Shown: piece after piece, positions 24,801 through 36,889 of the stretch
Layout of the letters: each line of letters begins with the position of its first letter
How positions within the stretch are numbered: the first letter of the stretch is position 1
Source: Malacoraja senta
Taxonomy: Eukaryota
DNA length: 64,000 nt
Direction: 5' to 3'
Assembly (NCBI GenBank): GCA_038087875.1
Contig: JAXLNO010002870.1
Span: 1-64,000 of the forward strand
Program-made: the position numbers and the translations under genes
The notes under the pieces: model-generated
Seen by the model: only the letters and a program-made list of their open reading frames with translations
Told to the model about the DNA's origin: nothing
Databases searched by the model: none

Positions 24801-26559
24801 ACTGCAACTGGATTTACAAAATAAATAATAGATTCATTGAATCTCAGAGCACAGAACGGGGCCATTCATCTGATTGTGTCCGTACTTGTCCTTTAGCTGA
24901 GTTGGATGAATAATAGTGTGGTATTAGTGGGAGATTTAAACTTCCCTCATATTGACTGGGTATCCCACAATATTAAGTGCTAGGATGAGATAGAATTTGT
25001 TAACCGCATCTCAGAAAGATTCCTTAATCAACTCAAAGAGGGTTCTGCTGGAACCGCTATAGAGAATACAACACTAAACCTCCGCTTCAGATATGAGGCA
25101 AGGGATGAGATGTCAGTGTGGAAGCATTTTTAGACCAGTGACCATAGTTCTTCCAGTTTTAAACACAAAAAGCTAGAGTGCCTCTACAGGTCAGACAGCA
25201 TCTCTGGAGAAAAGGAATAGATGGTGTTTCAGGTCAAGACTCTTCTTCAGCCTGAGAGTCCTTTCCCCTGACTCTCAATCTGAAGGGTCTCGACCCTAAA
25301 TGTCACCGTTTCCCTCTCTCCAGAGATGCTGTTTGACCCGCTGAGTTATTCCAGCTTTTTGTATCTATATTCAGTTTAAACCAGCATCTGCAGTTACGTC
25401 CTACACCTCTACTAGTTTTAAAGTAGTTATCGAGAAGCATGAAACTGGCCCACAAATGAAGATCCTAACTGAGTTAAGGCTGATTTTGGAAGCATTGGTC
25501 TGGAACTTGCATAGTTTGTTTGGGAGAGTCTATTAGTGGTTAGGGGATGGCTGACATGTGGGAGGCTTTCAAAAGTGGGATAGCCAGAGTGCAGGGGCAG
25601 CTTATTAATGTTAGGGTGAAGGGCAAGTCTGGCACGTTCATGGAATCCTGGTTTTTGAGTGATGTTGAGTCTCTGGTCAGATAAAAGCAGGAGACATACC
25701 TCAGATTAAGGCTGTCGCGCTCAAGCGAATGCCTCAGTGGGTATAAGAAGCGTAGGAACACACTAAAGAATGCACTTGGGCAATAAAGAGGCCATGAAAT
25801 GGTTCTGACAGGCAAGGTCAAGGAAAACCCTAAGAGGGACTCTATAGTCAAATAACGATAAAGTAGTTTGGGGAAGAATAGGTCCCCTTAAAATTCAGAT
25901 CAGCATGGCCACCTTCGTGTAGATGCAAGAGATGGGCGAGATATTAAATGAATATTTCCTATCCGCAGTAACTAATGAGAAGATCATGGAAGCTAATGAG
26001 ATGAATCATAGGAGTTGTGATGTCTTAGATCATAACCAAATGACCAAAGAGGAGCTAATGGCAGCGTTCAAGTGCATTACGGTGGATAAATCCCCAGTGC
26101 CTTACAACTGCATCCTCTGATCTTGTGGGAAGCTCAGGAAAATAATTTACTTTCCGTCAGAGGTATTTACATCATCTTCCGCTGCAGATTAATCTCCAAA
26201 TGACTGGAGGGTGGCTGATACTGAAGTGTAATTGAAGAAGGACATTAGGGCCAAGCCAGGGATCTGCACCAGTGAGCCTGACGTCATTGGTGGGAATGTC
26301 CTTCATGACAGGAACTACCAGTATTTGGACAGGCACGGACTGATTAGGGATAGTCCTAAGTTTACACGAAGATCTAGATCACTTGGTAGGGTGGGCCAAG
26401 GATTAGGGACTGCATGGCTTGTGTTTGGGAAATTGTGCCTCATGAACCTGATAGGTCTGGCATGGTGGGCTGGCGTGGAAGGTTAGATCATATGAAACCC
26501 AACATGAGCTAAATTAGCTTGGAGAAAGTGGACTGCTGCAGGGGTCAGTGCTGAGACCA

Positions 26560-27205
26560 CTGTTGTTTGTTATCTACATTAAAATTTCTTGGCACTCACA
26601 TAAGCAATAACTTCAAATGGAAAATCAATTCAGATCACATTTATAAAAAAGCCAATCAAAGACTTTTCTTTCTCCGTCAGCTCAAGAAGTTCAGAGTGAG
26701 GAAACATCTCCTAATCCGATTTTACACAGCCATCATCCAAAGCATGCTCACTTCATCAATAACAGTTTGGTACAGCAGCTTAGACACTCACTCCCGTAAT
26801 AAACTACAGCGCATTGTCAACAAAGCATCCAAAATCATCAGCACCCCCTCCCATCAATAGATTCACTCAATCTCAAACGGTCTGTGTCAAGGGTGAAGAA
26901 AATCATTTCTAATCCCTCCCACCCAGCTCACCACATCTTCCACCTGCTGCCGTCAGGAAGGCGCTACAGCTCACTGCCCGCCAAAACATCACGATTTAAA
27001 AACAGTTTCTACCCATATGCAATTCGAACTCTGAACACTCTATGACAACATCACATAGCCACCTTGTGCATGTACTGTATACTGTATGTTGTTGTGTTTT
27101 ATGTTATGTTTGACGGGAATCAGCCTATTGTGTAACATCCTGTACTGAACATGAATTCCACCAGCTTGACTGTGTGGTCATTAAATAATCTGAATCTGAA
27201 TCTGA
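26560..27205 (+). mobile_element. Rex1/Babar-type LINE 3' fragment
   Basis: KFLGTHISNNFKW...KKANQRLFFLRQLKKF...FYTAIIQSMLTSSITVWY motif; (aatctg)n tail at ~27186-27205. Confidence 0.8.
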
Positions 27206-27906
27206 TTAACAGTTTGCCATACAATATAGTGGACATTGATAGTAAGTTTGCAGATGACACCAAAATCAGTGGACAGTGAGGAAGGATAAGTTTACCAAAA
27301 GATCTAGATCAGCTGGGAAGGTGAGCCAAGGAATGCCAAATGGAATTTAACTCTGACTTGTGAGGGGGTGTTGAACTTTGGTCGATCAAACCAGGGCTGG
27401 ACTTACACATTAAATGGTAGAGCCCGGAGAGTGTTGTAGAACAGACAGATGTGGAAATGCAGGGGCATGGTTCGCTGAGAGTGGCGAGTTAGGTGGACAG
27501 GGAGCTGGGGTGGCTTTTGGCAGACTGCCTTCAATAGGCAGTATCTGGAATGAGTTGCCAGAGGAAACTATAAAAGTAGATAGAATTCTTATTATCAAAC
27601 AAATCCGATATATGGATGAGAAGGATATGTGGCCAAAGGGACGAGCCCAGAAAACCAGCTTGGTCGGCATGCACAAGATAGATGATGGCGAGACTCAGGG
27701 AAAGAACAGCCTGTGGGGCAGTTCAACGCGGTGGGAAATGTACTGTTGCTGGGTAGATTCTAACTCTGCAGAAACCCGCCAGTCTCCGGGAAATCCGTGC
27801 AATTGTTCCAAATATCTCACCGAGTTCAGGTCAATTACAGAATTTCCAAAGACCATAAATTAATGAAACACAACTGGGTAAAATGGAATTGAGGAATTGG
27901 TCTTAC

Positions 27907-28237
27907 CTGAAGTCACTGTCAGCGAGGTTCCTGCACCCCAGTTGTCATCTCGCACAGTAATAGGTGGCCGTTGTAGTCCAGTCTCAGGCCGTTCATTTGG
28001 AGATAGACATTGCTGATGTCCTTGGAAACCTCGAATCGGCCGCTGAAGACAGGCGCGTAATTTTTGTCACCATTATACCTCATCCTCGCCACCCACTCCA
28101 GCCCTTTCCCGGAGACCTGTTTCACCCAGTGTAGCTGCTGAGGCTGAACCCGCTGGTTGCACAGGTCAGTTTGAGGGACCCTCCAGACTTTGCCACCCCG
28201 GTCGGGGTCTGATTCAGCACGACCGCGGATCGAACGC
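27907..28237 (-). pseudogene. Germline-joined IgW/IgX VH-JH exon, copy 1, frameshifted
   Basis: After the acceptor ttattggcag it reads GVRSAVVLNQTPTGVAKSGGSLKLTCATSGFSLSSY, then a frameshift, then WVKQVSGKGLEWVARMRYNGDKNYAPVFSGRFEVSKDISNVYLQMNGLRLD, then +1 nt, then TATYYCAR. This is fused directly to T-GAC-AAC-TGG-GGT-GCA-GGA-ACC-TCG-CTG-ACA-GTG-ACT-TCA-G/gtaaga (DNWGAGTSLTVTS). There is no RSS between V and J. Confidence 0.95.
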
Positions 28238-28338
28238 CTGCCAATAAAAGAGAAACAATGTTGAATAAAAAGTTGAAGAGGCAGAGGGTGAAAGAGTGTC
28301 CAAGAAGTAGCTCGGCCCCGAGTGGGGGTGACGCCCAC

Positions 28339-28384
28339 CTGGCAGACAGGACAGAAGGAGACAGAGATAAGCAGCGACCCCCAT
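28339..28384 (-). pseudogene. Ig VH leader exon, copy 1
   Basis: ATG GGG GTC GCT GCT TAT CTC TGT CTC CTT CTG TCC TGT CTG CCA G/gtgggc (MGVAAYLCLLLSCLP), followed by a 101-bp intron to the V exon. Confidence 0.92.
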
Positions 28385-28417
28385 CACTCTGAGCACTGAC
28401 ACACACTTGGACACTCC

Positions 28418-29866
28418 TTTTTTTTTAAATTTCAAAATATACTTTATTCAAGTAATAAATATATACAATACGTGAACCGTGCGAAAAATTAATCCGGCAT
28501 TTTCGGAGGCTATACAAATTGTCCAATGCAGTTAATACATTTTTTTTCAAATTCCACAAATCCGTCCCCCACCCGTGCCACTCATGTGGCCCCCTGGCGT
28601 GGGATACCTTCCCTTATTTTGAGGGGCGTCTCCACCATACCGTGCCCCCCATGTCCAGCAGCGGGAGGACCCTAGACTGTGGCCCTCCCCCATCGAGCCT
28701 TGGCGTTGGCTGCACCAAGCTTAAGTGCGTCCCGCAGCACGTACTCCTGCAGTCTGCAGCGGGCCAGTCGGCAACATTCCCTGACGGACATCTCGCTCTG
28801 CTGGGTGGTGAACAACGCTGGGGCAGACCAAATAGCGTCTTTCGCCGAGTTGATGACCTTCCAGCAGCATTCGATGTCAGTCTCTGAATGTGTCCCTGGG
28901 AACAGTCCGTAAATCACAGAGTCCTCTGTGACGGAGCTGTTCGGGATAAAGCGTGCCAGGGATCCCTGCATACTTCTCCAGATTCTTTTTGCAAATCCAC
29001 ACTCTGCGAAGAGGTGGGCAACCGTCTCCTCTCCATAGCAGCCGTCCCGTGCGCCGGCAGTGAGGTTCCCGACGGTGCAGGAAAGATCTGACTGGGAGGG
29101 CTCCCCTCACCGCTAGCCAAGCCAGGTCTTGGTGCTTGTTGGTGAGTTCTGGCGATGAGGCATTTTGCCAGACAAGCTGGGCAGTCTGCTCTGGGAACCA
29201 CGCCACCGGATCAATCGAGTCCTTTCCCTGCAGTGCCTGCAGGACGTTCCGTGCTGACCACTGCCCAATGGACATGTGGTCAAAGGTGTTGGTCCGGAAG
29301 AACCTTTCCACAGACGACAGATGGGGCAGCAATGTCCAGCTGACTGGCACATTGCGTGGCATCTGCGCCAGGCCCATCCTTCGCATCCTTTAGCAGGTAG
29401 TGACACTTGGTGCCCATGTGCCTTGGCTCTACACTCCGCCTGATGCAGCCACACACAAAGGTGGCCATCAGGGTGAGGGCGACGTTGGGCACGCTTTTAC
29501 CCCCGTTGTCTGCTGACTTGTACATTGTGGCCCGTCGCACCCGGTCTATCCTCGACCCCCAGATGAACTGGAAGGCGGCCCGGGTGATCCCTGTGGCGTA
29601 GGAGGGAGGGACAGGCCACACTTGCGCCAAGTACAGCAGCCCCGAGAGCACCTCACACGTGATGACCACATTTTTTCCGGTTATGGAGAGGAGCGTTGCC
29701 TCCACAGCTCCAGCTTCTTCCCCACCTTGACTATCCGCTCCAGCCAATTCTTGTTACACGCCTCAGCCCCCCCGAACCAGATCCCCAGCACCTTCAAGAA
29801 GTCAGGCTTGATGGTGAAGGGGACAGAAGTTCGGTCGGGCCAGTTGCCAAAGAGCATGGCCTCGCT
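28418..29866 (-). mobile_element. Tx1-type LINE 3' part (duplicated copy of 36890-38338)
   Basis: C-terminal ORF2 pieces, AATAAA and poly(A) (T-run at 28418-28426); cut off at the L1 junction. Confidence 0.9.
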
Positions 29867-30442
29867 ATGAAGTCAGAAATAGATAGTCTCAAGAACCAAG
29901 TCACAAAGGTTTCGAATAAATGTGTTGACCTAGAAGCTCGCTCAAGACGTCAAAATATAAGAATACGTGGTGTAAAAGAGGGAGCTGAGGGGGACAATGT
30001 TTGTGAGTTCGCTGCCAACCTAATTAAACACGTACTGAAGCTACCAGAAGTACCTGTAATTGAAGTAGCACATCGACTCCCCAGATTTAAATCAAGATCT
30101 CAAGGAGAACATGCCTACCCACGACAGATCATAATTAAACTTCGGGATATCTCAACAATGGAAGCGCTGATGAAAAAAATCAACCACGGAGAGAAGATGA
30201 TGTACAGAGGTGATACTATTAAACTCCTACGGGACTACCCTTATGAGATTGAGCAAAAGAGAAGAAAGTTCTCACAGACCAGAGAAGTTCTTTATGGTGT
30301 TAAGGGAGTTTTGTGTGGAGTGTTCTATCCGGCTAGAATGCGTATTACCTTTGAGGGAGTGTCAAAAACATTCACTAATTCGGATGAATCTCTCAAATAC
30401 GCTCAAGAAATCGCGACTAAGGCTGCATCAACTGGAGATTGA
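29867..30442 (+). pseudogene. L1 ORF1p C-terminal part (coiled-coil end, RRM, CTD)
   Basis: MKSEIDSLKNQV...DLEARSRRQNIRIRGVKEG...IEVAHRL...RQIIIKL...IKLLRDYP...FYPARMRITFEG is the typical L1 ORF1 signature. The upstream part of listed ORF 29696-30442 is antisense Tx1 read in frame by chance. Confidence 0.9.
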
Positions 30443-31660
30443 AAACCAAGACGACATGAACAAACGAACTTGCTTATTCTCCCAACAAGAGTATCACAAG
30501 GAAAGTGAATTAACTGAACACTGATTTTTTATTTTTTATTTGACTTCAAGCAACAGATTCTTAGTGAGACGTGGCTAGACATTATTATCTTCGCTGGAAC
30601 ATTGTGCTATGTAATTCAAGGACACTACGTGCTCAAACGAGGAAAACCTGATAACACGGGACGAACTGCTGGGCTGAGAGTGAAAAACATCACATGGCTT
30701 ATATTGTTTATAAAAAACTGAAAAAACTGAGAACTAATAATAATTAATAATTAACAATACTAATATAGAAATAGCAATTGAAATAGATAAAAAATGTGCA
30801 GCCTGCTCTGTTTAGCAGATAACAGCAAGTGCTATGCAGCTCGAGAGTGGAGGGAGGGGGAGACCGGGTACCTGGCATAACTCCAGGAGCCAGACTCCCG
30901 TTAACCCTTCCAGCGAACAGCTCATTTTTAACAATATTAAAACCAATTTAAAATAGTTAAGAGATAATATACACTCGAGGTTGGTATGAAAAATATATAC
31001 GGCTTATATAGTTTTACAAAATGCTGAGAATTAATCATAATTAATAATTAACAATACTAATATAGAAATAATATTTGAAACTGATAAAACTGTGGTGCCT
31101 GCATCATAACGCAGACAGCAGTTATCACATATGTTCGCAGCTCGTGGAGAGGAGAGGAGATCAGGCACCTGGCACAATTCCAGGAACCTGACTCCGGTTA
31201 ATCCACTCAGTAAACCGCTCACTTTAACAATACTAAATTCATTTTAAAATAGTTAAGAGATAAAGAGTGAGTAGGATATGGAATCGAATACATTTGACAT
31301 ATATATAAATTGTAACTGGGTGAAATAGAACTGAATTGGAAACGGTAATGACCCCATAGATTTTGGGTAATAAATACAGCAGGGCTAACTTTATACCAAC
31401 TACGCCGGAAGCATTATGGATGTCGTACCCCACAGACGAGTGGGCCACTCACTACGGTGTTGAAATTTTAGACACCGTAAATTTATTTGATTTATATATA
31501 TTTTTTTTAATCACAATATGTCACATCTGTGTGTTTTTTCTTCAAGGACAATCGCGCAGGAGAACTACCAAGGAAGTCTATAATAGAAATACTCCCAAAA
31601 TAACCAGAGTCCGGAGGTATGAACGCACCACAATAATTAAGGTCATTAAAACTGGTAAAA

Positions 31661-34600
31661 ATGCATGACGACAATCAAAAGAAAATAGGAGGAATCACAT
31701 TATGTAGTTGGAATATAAGGGGGATTAATGAACCTATTAAAAGGGGCAAGATACTAGCTCAGTTGAAATCATACAACACGGACATTGCGTTTCTACAGGA
31801 AACACATCTTAAACAGCAAGATCAGACAAGACTGAGGGCGAACTGGATAGGCCAAACATTTCACTCTTCATTTACCTCCAAATCTAGAGGTACTGCAATT
31901 ATTATTCGTAAAGGAATTCCATTTAAATCAAAGAACACTATTTTAGATAAGGAAGGGAGATATCTTATAGTAGCAGGGGAGATCAATAATATGCCAATTA
32001 CGCTGGTAAACATATATGCGCCCAACTTTGATAACCCTCAATTTTTTAATAAAATTCTGAATATAATTGCAGAATCTAATTATCAAAATGTTATAATCGG
32101 AGGAGATTTTAATTGTGTTTTAGATCCTTATTTAGATAAATCGATGCAAAAACAAAAAGGTCAGACGAAATCTAAAACCAGTGAACTCTTACACACATAT
32201 ATGGAAAACACAAATATAACAGATGTATGGAGGATTGCAAACCCGACGGGAAGGGATTACTCGTTTTATTCAATGGTGCATAAAACATATTCACGGATAG
32301 ACTATTTTCTTGTGGATACAAAATTAATTCCGCAATCTCTGAATCCTAAATATCATATTAATGCGATCTCAGATCATTCTCCGTTAACTTTTGTTCTAAA
32401 ACTAGAAGGAATGTCTATGAATAAACCGTTCTGGAGGTTTAACTCACAAATTTTAAAAGACCCTCAAGGGAGTATCTATCTAAAAAAACAGATGGATCTA
32501 TTTTTTTAGTTAAATGATACACCAGAGATATCCCCCACGTTATTATGGGAATCCTTCAAAGCATTTATAAGAGGAGTCATTATTTCATTTCAAGCTTATC
32601 AAAATAAAAAGAATAAGAATGAACAAAGACACTTAGAAGATCAAATAAAACAGTTAGATATAGATAATGCTAAAGACCCAACTATGGATAAACATAATAA
32701 AATACTACTACTGAAATTTCAGTTAAATAAATTACTGTCAGAGAAAGTTATAACATTATTTCAAATCACAAAACAAGAACACTTCGAATTCGGGGACAAA
32801 CCCCACAAACTTCTAGCACGACAACTTAAAAAACGGGAAAAAGAGAATGCAATATTAAAGATTAAATCAGATAGAGGGGAAGTATTAACACTACCCAAGG
32901 ATATTAATAAAAGATTTGCTCAATTTTACCAGAATCTATACACATCTAAAACGTCAATAGACAATAATAAAATCTCAGAATTTTTAGATAATTGTAATCT
33001 ACCACAATTAGAACGCAGGGAACAAGAGGAACTGGGAGCACAAATTACTTCTAAGGAGATAGAAGACACAATAAAAACACTAAAAAATGGAAAAACACCA
33101 GGACCAGACGGATTCAGTAATGAATTTTATAAATCTTTTTATGATATAGTTACTCCACGATTACAAAAAATGTATACATATGCTTATAAAGAGCAAAACC
33201 TACCTGAAACACTAGCGGAATCAACGATCATATTAATACTTAAAAAAGATAAAAATATAGAAGAACCAGGATCATATAGAGCTATTGCTTTGTTAAATAC
33301 GGATCAGAAAATAATAGCAAAAACATTAGCCAATAGATTAAGCAAGTATGTTAGTAGACTAATACATGAGGATCAAACAGGATTTATACCTAAGAGACAC
33401 TCATTTAATAATTTGAGACGTTTGCTTAACATAATGCATTCACATAAATCTTATGACCAAGAGTTAGCTATCATCTCACTGGACGCAGAAAAAGCGTTTG
33501 ATCAAGTAGAATGGGACTATATGATCAAAGTATTGCAAAAATTCCAATTGGGAGAAAACTTTATTGCATGGATAAAACTACTATATAACAAACCTACGGC
33601 TAGAATACTAACTAATAATATATTATCTTCAAAATTCGAATTATCTAGGGGCAACAGACAAGGATGTTCACTATCACCGCTGTTATTTGCTTTGGTAATT
33701 GAACCCCTTGCTGAAAAAATAAGAACACACTCGAATATTCACGGTTATAACACAAAATATTCAAACAACAAACTATCCCTATATGCTGATGATGTACTAC
33801 TGTACATCACAAAACCACAAATTAGTATACCAAATATATTAAACTTAATTGAGGACTTTGGATCCTTTTCAGGATATAGAATAAATTGGAACAAAAGTGA
33901 AATTATGTCGATTAAACCAAAAGACTCAACACATCTCAGGAAATTCCCTTTTAAAATAGCTATGGAAAAATTCAAATATTTAGGAATTGAGATTACTAGA
34001 AATTACCATGATATGTTTAAAGCTAATTATAATCCCCTACTTAAGAAATTAAATAATTTGATTAAATTTTGGAAAACACTTCCGATGTCCTTAATAGGTA
34101 GGATAAATGCTATAAAAATGATTTTCTTACCACAAATCCTTTACCTATTTCAATCAATACCTATATATCTCCCAAAAAAGTTTTTCAAAAAACTGGACTC
34201 AGACATTACAAATTTTATATGGGATTACAAATCCCACAGAATACAAAGAACACACCTTAACAAACGAAAAGAGTTGGGGGGTCTAGCGCTCCCTAACTTT
34301 ATGTATTATAACTGGGCAGTAAATATTAAAAATATGATTCACCTGCTGGACAATTCTGCCCAGCAGGTGGACTGGATTATAATGGAAAAAGGGGATTGCT
34401 CCCCGAATAATATAGGAGCGATTATTCTCTCTCCAATAAATTTGAATAATAAAAATTATAATAAAAATCCAATTATATATAGCACTATTAGAACATGGAA
34501 GCAAATAAAACAGAATCTAAAATTAAGAAACCTATCTCTCTTAATACCAATAGTCAATAACCCATCGTTTAAACCTTCAATCATAGATAAATCATTTATA

Positions 34601-35452
34601 CAATGGGAAAGAATGGGAATCAAAACGCTCGAAGATCTGTATGAATTAGAAAAATTACTATCATTCCAACAACTACAACTGAAATATAATTTGAAAAATA
34701 ATCAATATTTTAAATATCTACAAATCTGTGACTATTTGAAAACACACACAAAAGATTATTATAATATGCCTTCCGACTTACTAGATGAAGCAATGAAGAC
34801 AAAGGCGGAATCAGTTAATTTAATATCATACTTATATAATATCATCTTAAACATAGAAATACCCACAACAGATGGAATTAGAAGAGATTGGGAACAAGAT
34901 CTAGGTATAAAAATTTCAAAAGAGAGTTGGGATAATCATTTATTACAGGTGCATAAATGCTCGATCAACGTACGACATACGCTTATCCAATTTAAAACAT
35001 TACATAGATTATATTATTCAAAAACCAAACTAAATAAAATCTTTCCTAACCTCTCACCAATCTGTGATAAATGTATATGTCAAGAAGCTACCATAGCACA
35101 TTCTTTTGTTTTTTGTACAAAAATCCAAAAATTCTGGTTTGAAATATTTGATATTTTTTCAAAATTAATCAAAATAAAACTGGTACCAAAACCAGAATGG
35201 ATTATTTTTGGAATATCGGAAGGTATTCCTGAATTAAACGTGTATCAGAAGAATTTACTCAATTATGGGCTAATAATGGGAAAAAAGCTTATACTTAAAT
35301 TCTGGAAAAATGCGCCCACACCAACAATAAAAATGTGGACATCAAATATGTTGGAAACATTACATCGGGAAGAGATGAGATTCCTCCTAGTAGGCAAAGT
35401 AGACCAATTTCAAAAGACGTGGTCTACGTTTTTGGACCTATTACAAGCATGA
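31661..35452 (+). pseudogene. L1 ORF2p (APE endonuclease, RT, C-terminal Cys-rich domain) with a single in-frame stop
   Basis: ORFs 31661-32509 and 32684-35452 share a frame (offset 1023). The only lesion is TAG at 32507-32509 (FF*LNDT, probably from GAG). Motifs: SWNIRG, FLQETH, GGDFN, SRIDY, SDHS, QGCSLSP, YADD and the CDKC...HSFVFC knuckle. Confidence 0.95.
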
Positions 35453-36381
35453 GGTGCAATAGTAATTTAGAAAAACAAATAAATAAATAAAAGGTATCTG
35501 GACCTGGTAATGGGAGGTAAAACAAAAACAGACTTGGTTGGTAGTTCCTTCTCTATGAAGTATGTTATAAGAGTTATAATAGAGCGATTGCTCCGTCTTT
35601 CTTTCTCTTTCTTTTCTAGGGTCTATTTTCTAACTTTACTTCCTTCTCTAACTTCTTTTCTAAGGGGCTTTCTTTTCCCAACACTCTTTTGCACTTCACA
35701 ACCTTTGCGCACTTTCTTCACTTTTCTTACTTCTTTCTTTTTCTTTCTTAAAGTTTAAAAAAGTGAAGCGGTACAAAAAATGTATTAATATATACGTGTT
35801 GTACATTACTGTAATCTACCATACTTCTATTAAAAAAATTATTAAAAAAAAAAAAAAAAAAAAACCCAGGGCTGGACTTACACATTAAATGGTAGAGCCC
35901 GGAGAGTGTTGTAGAACAGACAGACGTGGAAATGCAGGGGCATGGTTCGCTGAGAGTGGCGAGTTAGGTGGACAGGGAGCTGGGGTGGCTTTTGGCAGAC
36001 TGCCTTCAATAGGCAGTATCTGGAATGAGTTGCCAGAGGAAACTATAAAAGTAGATAGAATTCTTATTATCAAACAAATCCGATATATGGATGAGAAGGA
36101 TATGTGGCCAAAGGGACGAGCCCAGAAAACCAGCTTGGTCGGCATGCACAAGATAGATGATGGCGAGACTCAGGGAAAGAACAGCCTGTGGGGCAGTTCA
36201 ACGCGGTGGGAAATGTACTGTTGCTGGGTAGATTCTAACTCTGCAGAAACCCGCCAGTCTCCGGGAAATCCGTGCAATTGTTCCAAATATCTCACCGAGT
36301 TCAGGTCAATTACAGAATTTCCAAAGACCATAAATTAATGAAACACAACTGGGTAAAATGGAATTGAGGAATTGGTCTTAC

Positions 36382-36712
36382 CTGAAGTCACTGTCAGCGA
36401 GGTTCCTGCACCCCAGTTGTCATCTCGCACAGTAATAGGTGGCCGTTGTAGTCCAGTCTCAGGCCGTTCATTTGGAGATAGACATTGCTGATGTCCTTGG
36501 AAACCTCGAATCGGCCGCTGAAGACAGGCGCGTAATTTTTGTCACCATTATACCTCATCCTCGCCACCCACTCCAGCCCTTTCCCGGAGACCTGTTTCAC
36601 CCAGTGTAGCTGCTGAGGCTGAACCCGCTGGTTGCACAGGTCAGTTTGAGGGACCCTCCAGACTTTGCCACCCCGGTCGGGGTCTGATTCAGCACGACCG
36701 CGGATCGAACGC
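36382..36712 (-). pseudogene. Germline-joined IgW/IgX VH-JH exon, copy 2, frameshifted
   Basis: Same sequence, same two frameshifts and same AGA-T-GAC-AAC-TGG junction as copy 1. Confidence 0.95.
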
Positions 36713-36813
36713 CTGCCAATAAAAGAGAAACAATGTTGAATAAAAAGTTGAAGAGGCAGAGGGTGAAAGAGTGTCCAAGAAGTAGCTCGGCCCCGAGTGG
36801 GGGTGACGCCCAC

Positions 36814-36856
36814 CTGGCAGACAGGACAGGAGACAGAGATAAGCAGCGACCCCCAT
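36814..36856 (-). pseudogene. Ig VH leader exon, copy 2 (one Leu codon shorter)
   Basis: MGVAAYLCLLSCLP-G/gtgggc; 43 bp versus 46 bp in copy 1. Confidence 0.92.
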
Positions 36857-36889
36857 CACTCTGAGCACTGACACACACTTGGACACTCC

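Larger units (their letters stand above)
27391..29866. repeat. Direct repeat copy A (~2.48 kb), left flank of the L1
   Basis: Near-identical to 35866-38338 (offset 8475 falling to 8472). Only a handful of substitutions, a 3-nt indel in the Ig leader and homopolymer length differences are visible. Confidence 0.97.
29867..35864 (+). mobile_element. L1-clade LINE, 5'-truncated within ORF1, young
   Basis: It comprises an ORF1 remnant, a ~1.2 kb inter-ORF region, ORF2 (31661-35452), a 3' UTR and an A21 tail (35844-35864). Confidence 0.97.

Noticed and set aside
21376-27390. Unrearranged D or J segments with RSS in the J-CH1 intron
   Set aside because: No heptamer-spacer-nonamer or WGxG motif was found by eye, which is consistent with loss of the intervening DNA at joining.
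27907-28384. Joined V-J as a retrotransposed (processed) rearranged mRNA
   Set aside because: The 101-bp leader intron and the J splice donor with its downstream intron are retained. J is not fused to CH1 and there is no poly(A) after it.
29696-29866. N-terminal part of ORF 29696-30442 as a genuine fusion protein
   Set aside because: It is the antisense strand of the Tx1 fragment, in frame with L1 ORF1 by chance, and has no supported start codon.
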